Virus record (IMG/VR): IMGVR_UViG_3300044846_003573
Length of the DNA: 64,000 bases
Reading direction: 5' to 3' (one strand)
From: a virus
Lineage: Duplodnaviria; Caudoviricetes
Positions 42,917-51,012 of this stretch are shown here, one piece after another (the first letter of the stretch is position 1; each line of letters starts with the position of its first letter). A program made the position numbers and the translations under genes. Under the pieces are notes generated by a model. That model did no database searches. It was not told where the DNA came from and saw only the letters and a list, made by a program, of their open reading frames with translations.

Positions 42917-44767
42917 ATGGGAGCATTATTAGAAAGTGGATTAGTAGGTAACATCGGTCTTAAGCACTTGAAAGTTATCAAAGAAGACACTATAAACAAA
43001 TGGGACAAATTAGGGTTCCTTGAAGGTCTTAGAGGCCACCTAAAAGAAAACGTTGCTCAGTTGTATGAAAACCAAGCATCATTCTTAATTAACGAAGCGG
43101 CTTCAACTGCTGATTCAGGTTCATTCGAAACTGTGGTATTCCCTATCATCAGACGTGTGTTCTCTAAATTATTAGCTAACGAAATCGTATCTGTACAAGC
43201 TATGAACTTACCAATCGGTAAATTGTTCTACTTTGTACCTCAAATTCAAGGTTATTCTGCAGCAACTCCAACACAAGGAGCTTCAGGAGAAGCTGGACAC
43301 AGAGCACCTGTAGGTTCTCCTGGAAACTATCCTGGTGACCCAAATGCTGGTTACACTGATTCAACTGCGTATCCAAAGAACCTTTATGATTTATTCTATG
43401 AAGGAAATGAACCAGGTTTAAACCCATCAGGTCTTTTTGATTATTCAAAAGGTGGTTGGTATTGGGTTACTGGTGCAACTAACCAAGTAGTTTGGTCAAA
43501 CGGTTCATTAGTAGTATCTGGATATGGTTCAGGTGAATACAGAAAATTACTTTTAGTAATGTCTGGTTTCACATCAGTAGGTGACGGTAAGTTAATTGGC
43601 CCTGATGGACAAGAAATGGATACTGAAACATTCCTTTCTGATTTAACTTTATTACCAACTTCCGCATTAGCAGCAAGAATTAACGCATCTGGTGGTAATG
43701 TTACTACTTCTACACCACTTTTATTCCGTGTTGTTACACAAAAATACGGTAAAGGTATTGTTGAATATGGTACTAACAAAACTACAACATGGCCAGGTGG
43801 AGCGACTCCTGGAAATGGAGGTTCGTTCTATGATGTATGTAGTGCTGATGGTGTTATCTACTTAGAAGTTGATTTACAAACACCAGCATGTATCTCTTGT
43901 GGAGCATCTACTCCTGATGGTTACACTGGAACTACTTTCACAACTACTTTAACGGGTGTTACAACTAACACTGCAGTTACTGCATATTGGAAGCGTTACC
44001 AAGAGTTAGAATTTGAAGACAAAATTGGTGAAGTTTCTTTCGACCTTCAATCAGTAACAGTTTCTGTAACTGAAAGAAAGTTAAGAGCACAATGGTCTCC
44101 AGAACTTGCTCAAGACGTTGCAGCGTTCCACAACATCGATGCTGAAGCTGAATTAACAGCTTTATTATCTGAGCAAGTGGCAGCTGAAATTGACCGTGAA
44201 ATTTTACGTGACTTACGTAAAGGTGCAGCTTGGACATTACGTTGGGATTACAACGGATGGAAGCGTCTGAACAACCAATCAACTCCTTACACTCAAAAGG
44301 ACTGGAATCAAACGTTGATTACTGCAATCAACCAAATTTCAGCTCAAATCCATAAGTCTACTTTAAGAGGTGGAGCTAACTGGATTGTTGTATCTTCTGA
44401 AATCAGTGCTATCTTTGATGACTTGGAATACTTCCACGTATCAAACGCGGCTCCTGAGCAGGACCAATTCAACATGGGTATCGAGAGAGTTGGTACATTA
44501 AGTGGTCGTTACCAAGTATACCGTGACCCATACTTCCCACCAAACACTGTGTTGATTGGTCACAAAGGTACTTCGTTATTGGATACTGGATATATCTACG
44601 CTCCATACGTACCATTACAATTAACTCCAACAATGTATAACCCATTCAACTTTACTCCTATCAAGGGTATTATGACACGTTACGCTAAGAAGATGGTTAA
44701 TAACCGTTTCTATGGACGTATCATCGTTGATGGTGTTCGTACATTCGATTTGAATGAATTAAGATAA
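42917..44767 (+). CDS. Major capsid protein (T4 gp23-like)
   Basis: FPIIRRVF...VSVQAMNLP.G.LFY, RKLRAQWSPELAQD..AFH.IDAEAEL, YAPYVPL, GIMTRYA. Confidence 0.96.
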   Translation: MGALLESGLVGNIGLKHLKVIKEDTINKWDKLGFLEGLRGHLKENVAQLYENQASFLINEAASTADSGSFETVVFPIIRRVFSKLLANEIVSVQAMNLPIGKLFYFVPQIQGYSAATPTQGASGEAGHRAPVGSPGNYPGDPNAGYTDSTAYPKNLYDLFYEGNEPGLNPSGLFDYSKGGWYWVTGATNQVVWSNGSLVVSGYGSGEYRKLLLVMSGFTSVGDGKLIGPDGQEMDTETFLSDLTLLPTSALAARINASGGNVTTSTPLLFRVVTQKYGKGIVEYGTNKTTTWPGGATPGNGGSFYDVCSADGVIYLEVDLQTPACISCGASTPDGYTGTTFTTTLTGVTTNTAVTAYWKRYQELEFEDKIGEVSFDLQSVTVSVTERKLRAQWSPELAQDVAAFHNIDAEAELTALLSEQVAAEIDREILRDLRKGAAWTLRWDYNGWKRLNNQSTPYTQKDWNQTLITAINQISAQIHKSTLRGGANWIVVSSEISAIFDDLEYFHVSNAAPEQDQFNMGIERVGTLSGRYQVYRDPYFPPNTVLIGHKGTSLLDTGYIYAPYVPLQLTPTMYNPFNFTPIKGIMTRYAKKMVNNRFYGRIIVDGVRTFDLNELR

Positions 44768-44784
44768 TCTATCTTAATGTAGAT

Positions 44785-44815
44785 AAAAAAAGGTCAGAGA
44801 AATCTGACCTTTTTT
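44785..44815. terminator. Bidirectional terminator after MCP
   Basis: AAAAAAAGGTCAGA-GAAA-TCTGACCTTTTTT. Confidence 0.85.
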
Positions 44816-45068
44816 ATTTTTTAATAATTCTCAAGGATTTTGATATTACTTCAGATTCCAATAAAGTAAATGCACCACGTTTATATGCCGCAACAATTGC
44901 TTGTATAAGACATTGATTGGATTCAATTTCATTTAAATTATTTATAAAGTTATTTAAATCTTTTTCAGAATTAAATTGTATTGTGTCAAAAATACTTTCT
45001 GGTGAAGATAAAGAATTAAACTTATCTATTATTTCTTGATTTAAATTATCTTCTTCTAAATGTTCCAT
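44814..45068 (-). CDS. Hypothetical protein
   Basis: 84-aa ORF. Confidence 0.6.
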   Translation of the reverse strand: MEHLEEDNLNQEIIDKFNSLSSPESIFDTIQFNSEKDLNNFINNLNEIESNQCLIQAIVAAYKRGAFTLLESEVISKSLRIIKK

Positions 45069-45109
45069 AGTATGTTATATTTATATAAAGATAGTAAAAA
45101 AAAATCCAT

Positions 45110-46060
45110 ATGAAAAGTAACGTTATATTAGAAATATTAAAAAAATTCAAAGAGTATAACGAATATATTGTTGAATCTACTTCGACAGGTGATGCGGGTA
45201 GTTATAGAGCCCCATTAAGACCTGGATTAAAGTTGTGGGATAAGAATATTTTAGAGCCCTTTACTGAACAATTAAATGGTTATGATAATGCTGAAGTATA
45301 TGTTGATTCACTTGATGGTAATATTGATACTAAGGGTATTAAAAGAAAAGAAGAAATGTCGGTCGCAATTTCAAAGTCAGACAAAAAACATCCTATTCAG
45401 AATGATGAAGATGGTAGTAATTTGAATGATAACCCTGTTAACACAAAACTACTTAAAAAAGTTTTTGATAATAAAAAAATAAAAGAGGGTACTAATAGTT
45501 CTGTAAGTGCTGGTGAGTATTCAGGTCCTATTGAAATAGGTTTAAAAAAATGGAGAAAACAAGAATTAGGACCATTTACTGATGACAGTAACCATCAAAC
45601 AACAAATAAAGCTAAGAAAAAAAATCTTAAAAATAATATTAAAAAAACTGTCGGTATTTGGGAAAAACATAAAGATAGTGGTTATGAGATTCCAACACAC
45701 GATGTTCATACTATAAAAGAAGATTTAGGAGTTTGGTTTGGTACAAAGAAAAAACCAAAAGGTAGTAAACAACCTAAGGGGCCTTGGGTTAATATCTGTA
45801 GTAAAAAAGATGGAAAACATCCACCATGTGGTAGACCTGAGGGTGATACAAAGGGTTATCCTAAATGTAGAGCGGTAGGAGTTGCTGCTAAAATGTCTGA
45901 TTCACAAAAACAATCGGCTTGTCAACAAAAAAGAAAGGCTGAAAAAAAAGATACTCAAACAGGTAAGGGTCAAAAACCTGTTATGACATCATACAAACCT
46001 AAAAAGAAAAAGACCAACGAATCGGTCTTAATATCTTTAATCAGGAAAGCTTTAGATTAA
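45110..46060 (+). CDS. Modular late protein with repeated E-[ST]T-S-x-AG-Y-P motifs and a basic Cys-containing C-terminal domain
   Basis: IVE-STSTGDAGSYRAP, IKE-GTNSSVSAGEYSGP, IKE-DLGVWF...CGR...PKC. Confidence 0.65.
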   Translation: MKSNVILEILKKFKEYNEYIVESTSTGDAGSYRAPLRPGLKLWDKNILEPFTEQLNGYDNAEVYVDSLDGNIDTKGIKRKEEMSVAISKSDKKHPIQNDEDGSNLNDNPVNTKLLKKVFDNKKIKEGTNSSVSAGEYSGPIEIGLKKWRKQELGPFTDDSNHQTTNKAKKKNLKNNIKKTVGIWEKHKDSGYEIPTHDVHTIKEDLGVWFGTKKKPKGSKQPKGPWVNICSKKDGKHPPCGRPEGDTKGYPKCRAVGVAAKMSDSQKQSACQQKRKAEKKDTQTGKGQKPVMTSYKPKKKKTNESVLISLIRKALD

Positions 46061-46302
46061 TAAATACTTTTGCTAACTCTAATACCTGGTTTAGGTGGCT
46101 CATAAGTTCTTTCAGGTCTTGAGTATTGTCCTGTATTATATTCAGAATTTAATTCTCTTAATGCATTTTTATATTCACCTGTTTCATCAGATAATATTCT
46201 ATCAATAACATCTTGAACTAAACCTCTATCAAGTCTTCCGTATTCTGGTTCTTCTGACATTTCTTTTAATACTTTTTTAATTTGGATATCTAACTTTGAC
46301 AT
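46057..46302 (-). CDS. Small leader-bearing protein
   Basis: MSKLDIQIKKVLKEM. Confidence 0.6.
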   Translation of the reverse strand: MSKLDIQIKKVLKEMSEEPEYGRLDRGLVQDVIDRILSDETGEYKNALRELNSEYNTGQYSRPERTYEPPKPGIRVSKSIY

Positions 46303-46312
46303 GATTCTAATA

Positions 46313-46717
46313 TTAACAATTTATTTTATTATAAATATTATCAAGTGAATGATTAATTTGACTTTCCAATTCTTTTTCAATCTCCATTGCTCTATATTCC
46401 ATTTCTCTACGGAATGAGATAACCAATTTTTCCCATTGAATCTTACTTAATTTAATAAAATAACTGTATGTATGATTGGTTATTGTAACTTGTCCACCAT
46501 CCATTGTAACAAAAATACCTAATTTATCATTACGGATATATTTTTTATCGGATATTGGAGCGATTATAAGTTCAGAATCTTCCGAATGAATGAGTTTACG
46601 GCATATGGTGGAACATTTCCTCACGTTAGACATATAGATGTCAAATTCGGTATCCTTTCGGTCTAATTTACGTAAATACAGACGATACTTAATCCACAGT
46701 TTTTTTATTATAGTCAT
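46313..46717 (-). CDS. Hypothetical protein with host-type promoter
   Basis: TTTG-19 nt-TATATTTG at 46737-46767 on the - strand. Confidence 0.65.
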   Translation of the reverse strand: MTIIKKLWIKYRLYLRKLDRKDTEFDIYMSNVRKCSTICRKLIHSEDSELIIAPISDKKYIRNDKLGIFVTMDGGQVTITNHTYSYFIKLSKIQWEKLVISFRREMEYRAMEIEKELESQINHSLDNIYNKINC

Positions 46718-46775
46718 TTCATTTATGATTTGACTACAAATATACTATGATTTTTTAATAATTCAAAATTTTTAA

Positions 46776-47219
46776 TTAACAATACGCACCTGAACAATGT
46801 TTTTTTCCGTCAAGACCTTTGATTTTGCCCTTACATACTTGAACAGCATGGCCATTCGCATAAGCACTTGGGTACACGTCATATTTTGATTTTGCAGACG
46901 CAACACCACGAGCACATAATTTAGTACCAGCTTTTTTACGACCTTCATACATTACATCAACTGCGTCCTCACTACTAAAATCATCACCTTCAATTTCATT
47001 CATGATAAAATCAAATACTTGGTCCATATTATTTTTAGCTTCAGCGATATGGTCTTGAGCCCAATCGTGTCCATTATCTAAAATAGATTCAATCATTTGT
47101 TTATCTTTACCAAGTAGTATTTCACATTGGCGTTTCATTTGTTCTAAGTTAGAGAAAAACATATATCTTTGATTTTCCTCTTTAAGAACTTTTTTAATTA
47201 TGTTATTTAAATTTTTCAT
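46776..47219 (-). CDS. Leader-bearing protein with C-terminal KLC.RG...K..VYPSAYAN domain
   Basis: MKNLNNIIKKVLKEE; start at ATG 47219. Confidence 0.7.
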   Translation of the reverse strand: MKNLNNIIKKVLKEENQRYMFFSNLEQMKRQCEILLGKDKQMIESILDNGHDWAQDHIAEAKNNMDQVFDFIMNEIEGDDFSSEDAVDVMYEGRKKAGTKLCARGVASAKSKYDVYPSAYANGHAVQVCKGKIKGLDGKKHCSGAYC

Positions 47220-47220
47220 A

Positions 47221-47739
47221 TTACGCAATCATATCATCTTCTTTTAGGTCATTACAGACTACATCTAAAAACACTTCAATATCGTGTTCTAAACCTTCAT
47301 AATCTTCAAATACGTTAGTTCCTTCAGTTGTATTTTCAAACATACAAGTTTGAAAATTACCCTCAGTATCACAATAAATTTCACCATAGTAATCACTATC
47401 ATCAACTGTTAGATATCCTGTATGTATTTTTTCATCTTCAGTATCTTCAGTTGACTCATATCTAAATTTAAATGACGGCATACCTGGGAATTCAAAAGAC
47501 CAAAAACCACCAGCTTTAGTCATAAAATCTTCTTTAGATGACGGTTCATCTTCTATTGAAATACCTTTAGTAAATTTTTCAAGAGTTTCTCTTTCTTCAG
47601 GTGTGATTGATTCCATTCCTGATTGACTAATTTTATCTAAAATCATGTCAATTTTATCTTCACCTGGTGACAAAGCTTCAGATAATACAAATTTTAATAA
47701 TTTAATATATTCGTTTTCTTTTAATACTACTTTTTTCAT
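47221..47739 (-). CDS. Leader-bearing acidic protein
   Basis: MKKVVLKENEYIKLLKFVLSEA; IDMILDKISQSGMESITPEE. Confidence 0.7.
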   Translation of the reverse strand: MKKVVLKENEYIKLLKFVLSEALSPGEDKIDMILDKISQSGMESITPEERETLEKFTKGISIEDEPSSKEDFMTKAGGFWSFEFPGMPSFKFRYESTEDTEDEKIHTGYLTVDDSDYYGEIYCDTEGNFQTCMFENTTEGTNVFEDYEGLEHDIEVFLDVVCNDLKEDDMIA

Positions 47740-49232
47740 TTCTTATTAACTATTTGGAATGTTAGTGTTTTTTTATAAGTATCTACTTCTCCTGATGTTA
47801 GTACTTTAATATCAACATTATATTCATTTGGTATTTTATCTTTTGTATCAAATATAAAATAGTATTCATTAGAAGCTCTATTAATTTGAGTCCAATCTTG
47901 AACTTGTACCTCAGTAGTTCCCTCGTTAACATATATTCTATAATATGCTGTGACAGGGGTTAATACTTGATTTGATGTGTATGCCTTTTTAATAATCACA
48001 CCAACTTTTCTAACATCAGTATTAAGTATTTTTTCATCTTGTTTAATACCGTAAAAATCAAAACCAAATAATTCAGGGTCTCTACTTTGTGTTCCTAATG
48101 TAAAATACCCTTGATAAGGTAATACAGTTAAATCATTAACCACATTAGGTAATGAAATACCGTCATAAACTAAATTAGACCAAGTATCCGTAAACATACA
48201 TGGTGTTGTTACAGTTATTCCACTTGTTGTTATTTGATAAATACCTTGTGTTATTTGACAACCTGTGTATGTCCCAACAACATTACCCTGATTATTCTCA
48301 AGAGTTACAATAGGTAGATTATCTAAACTTGTTGGAACCCCGCCAATATAAGAATATAAATAAAGACGATTATTGTTATGTGAATAAAAAGAATTTCTAT
48401 TATCTAATATTAAATCATTATACGAAGTTTCTAAAAACGGTTCGTAAAATGTTTGAGTATGTCTTGTAAAAAATCCAACAGAATAGTTTTCAGTTAATCC
48501 TGTTAAATTTTCTAATTGAGGTAAATAAGCAATTCCCCATCCTGTAAATCCTGATGTTGAACCTGTTAGATATTGATTAATTTCATTTGTCATGTCAAAT
48601 TCAATATCCTCATTACCAAATTCAAAGTGTTGGGTATCAACGATGATTAAATCTGAATAATCAACATTACCTCCCGTTGTATTATTATATATTCCATTTG
48701 TACTCCATCCACTTAATGTTGTTGTTTGAAACCAATTAGATGGTCTTTGTGAATATGATTTATCTTGAGGTAATGCAATTGGTGATAATAAACCATTCCC
48801 AGAATTTAATGTTCTTTGGACATCGTAATAATCGTAACCAACACCTTCATCCCATAATTGAGCAGTTCCTGTATTACCTGATGTCAGTGGAATTCTAAAT
48901 AAAATTAAATCAAATGAAGTTGCTCTTAATCTTCCTTGACTGGTATATTCATTAGATAACCCTTCTTTATCAAATGACGATGTATTTGTCATTCTTAATG
49001 TATGAGTTATTCCTGAAAATCCAGTACATCCTGTAGATATGACTCCGTCTTGAATTTTTTGGGTAAGACCTGATAAATTTAAATCAAATATAAATCTACT
49101 AAATCCTGGTGACGCAATTACCGTGTCTGATGAACCAAAATAAAGTTGTGTGTACGGAGATTTACCAGTATTAACATAACTGTTTGAAAGTATGGTATTG
49201 TTTTTACTAAAATATGAACGATGGATTGACAT
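47736..49232 (-). CDS. Virion structural protein (beta-rich, Thr/Ser/Gly-rich)
   Basis: Composition, position next to the gp5-like gene, late motif at 49246-49252. Confidence 0.6.
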   Translation of the reverse strand: MSIHRSYFSKNNTILSNSYVNTGKSPYTQLYFGSSDTVIASPGFSRFIFDLNLSGLTQKIQDGVISTGCTGFSGITHTLRMTNTSSFDKEGLSNEYTSQGRLRATSFDLILFRIPLTSGNTGTAQLWDEGVGYDYYDVQRTLNSGNGLLSPIALPQDKSYSQRPSNWFQTTTLSGWSTNGIYNNTTGGNVDYSDLIIVDTQHFEFGNEDIEFDMTNEINQYLTGSTSGFTGWGIAYLPQLENLTGLTENYSVGFFTRHTQTFYEPFLETSYNDLILDNRNSFYSHNNNRLYLYSYIGGVPTSLDNLPIVTLENNQGNVVGTYTGCQITQGIYQITTSGITVTTPCMFTDTWSNLVYDGISLPNVVNDLTVLPYQGYFTLGTQSRDPELFGFDFYGIKQDEKILNTDVRKVGVIIKKAYTSNQVLTPVTAYYRIYVNEGTTEVQVQDWTQINRASNEYYFIFDTKDKIPNEYNVDIKVLTSGEVDTYKKTLTFQIVNKK

Positions 49233-49252
49233 TTACTCTTTTTAGATAAATA

Positions 49253-50836
49253 TCAATTTATACGAATATTTTGATTTAGAACTTTAGTATCAAATAATTT
49301 CCATTCGGCCCTCAATCTTGTTTTAGATACAGGAGAGGTTTCTCTTGTTAATTCAAATGGTTGTTCCCTATGATAGAGGTGTTGATGATTTAATAAAAAC
49401 CTTACAATTAATGATAATAAATCCTTTAATGACTCTCCTCTAACCATAGAATTTGTTGAATTATAATAATTTCCTGACAAAGTCGGTTCATCAATTCCAT
49501 AAACATCTGAATTTTTTAATTGAATTCTTTCAAATCCTGGAATATTTGAATTGTTAGATATTAAAAATATTTTTTCAGACCCCATTACTGCATAACCAAA
49601 ATCACCATTTTGAATTACGTTTGGGGTGTATTTCACTTTTTTTGAAACTTTTTTTAATCCATATACATTTTTACTTGATATTAATCCCGAACTAGAATTT
49701 TTTTGTGATTTAGGAAATGCCACTAATGATTGTAATGTGCTAATATTTTTTTGTTCAAGGTCAGTACCTGTTAATAATTTACGCTGAAAAGATAATGACG
49801 GTCTAAAGAAAAATGGAAATCTAACATCAGTAACATTAACAGTAACTCTCGGAATTAAATAAGTAATGTTAATTAGTCCATCATTTAATCCTGATATCAC
49901 TTTATTAATTATATCGGCGATTTCTTGTAACGTATCAATATTATTAAATGAGTGTGAAAAATACTCATATACCACATCTTCAATAATTGTTTGTTGTGTA
50001 AATTTATCAGTTAAAGTTTTAGTAGATTTTCCTGGTAAATTATATATGTTAATATTACCTGAAAATGGGCCTTCAGTATCTAATCCTAAATATATTTCAT
50101 ACTCAACAAGTTTAACAATCTGTTCAGATACTGTTAAATTTTGAGTAATTGTTTTTTGAGTTCCTACAACAGTTCTACTATCAAAATTAGATAATTGTAA
50201 AAAAGACCTTTTAGGGTTTGTTACGGGATACTCATTTGTTTTTAATATTGGTGTTTTTTTTGACCTTAATAAAACTTCATTATCTTTTAAAATAATATCA
50301 GACCTTCCTTTAGAATAAATTCCATAGTCTTTTGGTTCGGCAAATACCCCTTTAGTGTTTTCAAAAAAGTATCCATTTGAATTTTTTAATGGTAAACCTG
50401 GTTTAACATTAGGTCCTGCAGCCATAATACTTTTTGTCTGATTTGAATTTTCACGAGCCACAGACATTGCAGATGATATCGGACCTTTAATATAAAATTG
50501 GTTTTTCCTTCCTGTATTTTCAGACCAATTATAATAAATTAAATGAACATAATCATTATTTTCAGGGACAATATTTAATTGAACGGGAATTAAAGGAATA
50601 TAAACAAAAGGGTCGATATCTTCGTAAAAAAACTCCTCTAAAATGTCATTACCTTGAGCATTTAAAACTGATTTACCATTTTTTGTAATATCTTTAAGTG
50701 AATCAATTACTTGTTGGTAAATTTCAAAATCAGGTTTAACTCTAATACGTTCTAATGAATATTTGTCTTCATTATGAGTAACGGTACCTCCAAATAATAT
50801 TCTATGTTTTTGTTGGTCATCCCTTCCTTGACTCAT
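49253..50836 (-). CDS. Baseplate hub/spike protein (gp5/gpV-like OB fold)
   Basis: FGGTV..NEDKYSLERIRV resembles the OB-fold D....GRIRV; C-terminal RGESLKDLL...HQH. Confidence 0.55.
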   Translation of the reverse strand: MSQGRDDQQKHRILFGGTVTHNEDKYSLERIRVKPDFEIYQQVIDSLKDITKNGKSVLNAQGNDILEEFFYEDIDPFVYIPLIPVQLNIVPENNDYVHLIYYNWSENTGRKNQFYIKGPISSAMSVARENSNQTKSIMAAGPNVKPGLPLKNSNGYFFENTKGVFAEPKDYGIYSKGRSDIILKDNEVLLRSKKTPILKTNEYPVTNPKRSFLQLSNFDSRTVVGTQKTITQNLTVSEQIVKLVEYEIYLGLDTEGPFSGNINIYNLPGKSTKTLTDKFTQQTIIEDVVYEYFSHSFNNIDTLQEIADIINKVISGLNDGLINITYLIPRVTVNVTDVRFPFFFRPSLSFQRKLLTGTDLEQKNISTLQSLVAFPKSQKNSSSGLISSKNVYGLKKVSKKVKYTPNVIQNGDFGYAVMGSEKIFLISNNSNIPGFERIQLKNSDVYGIDEPTLSGNYYNSTNSMVRGESLKDLLSLIVRFLLNHQHLYHREQPFELTRETSPVSKTRLRAEWKLFDTKVLNQNIRIN

Positions 50837-51011
50837 ATTCTTTTAAAATTTTGTTATACGTTGATTCTATTTTATCAATTTTTTTTGTTAATTCAATAAC
50901 TAAATGTTTTGTATTATCAAATTCTTTTGATAAAAAATCCATTACTAATACTAAATCTTTATTTGATTTAGTTTTATACTCGACTAATATTTCTTTTATT
51001 TTTTCTGACAT
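50817..51011 (-). CDS. Small coiled-coil protein
   Basis: 64 aa, heptad pattern. Confidence 0.6.
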   Translation of the reverse strand: MSEKIKEILVEYKTKSNKDLVLVMDFLSKEFDNTKHLVIELTKKIDKIESTYNKILKEYESRKG

Positions 51012-51012
51012 A

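Noticed and set aside
35172-44767. Introns or inteins in terminase, portal or MCP
   Set aside because: ORFs are continuous with ordinary lengths and no intein-type or LAGLIDADG motifs; the MCP extra length is a Thr/Gly-rich insertion.
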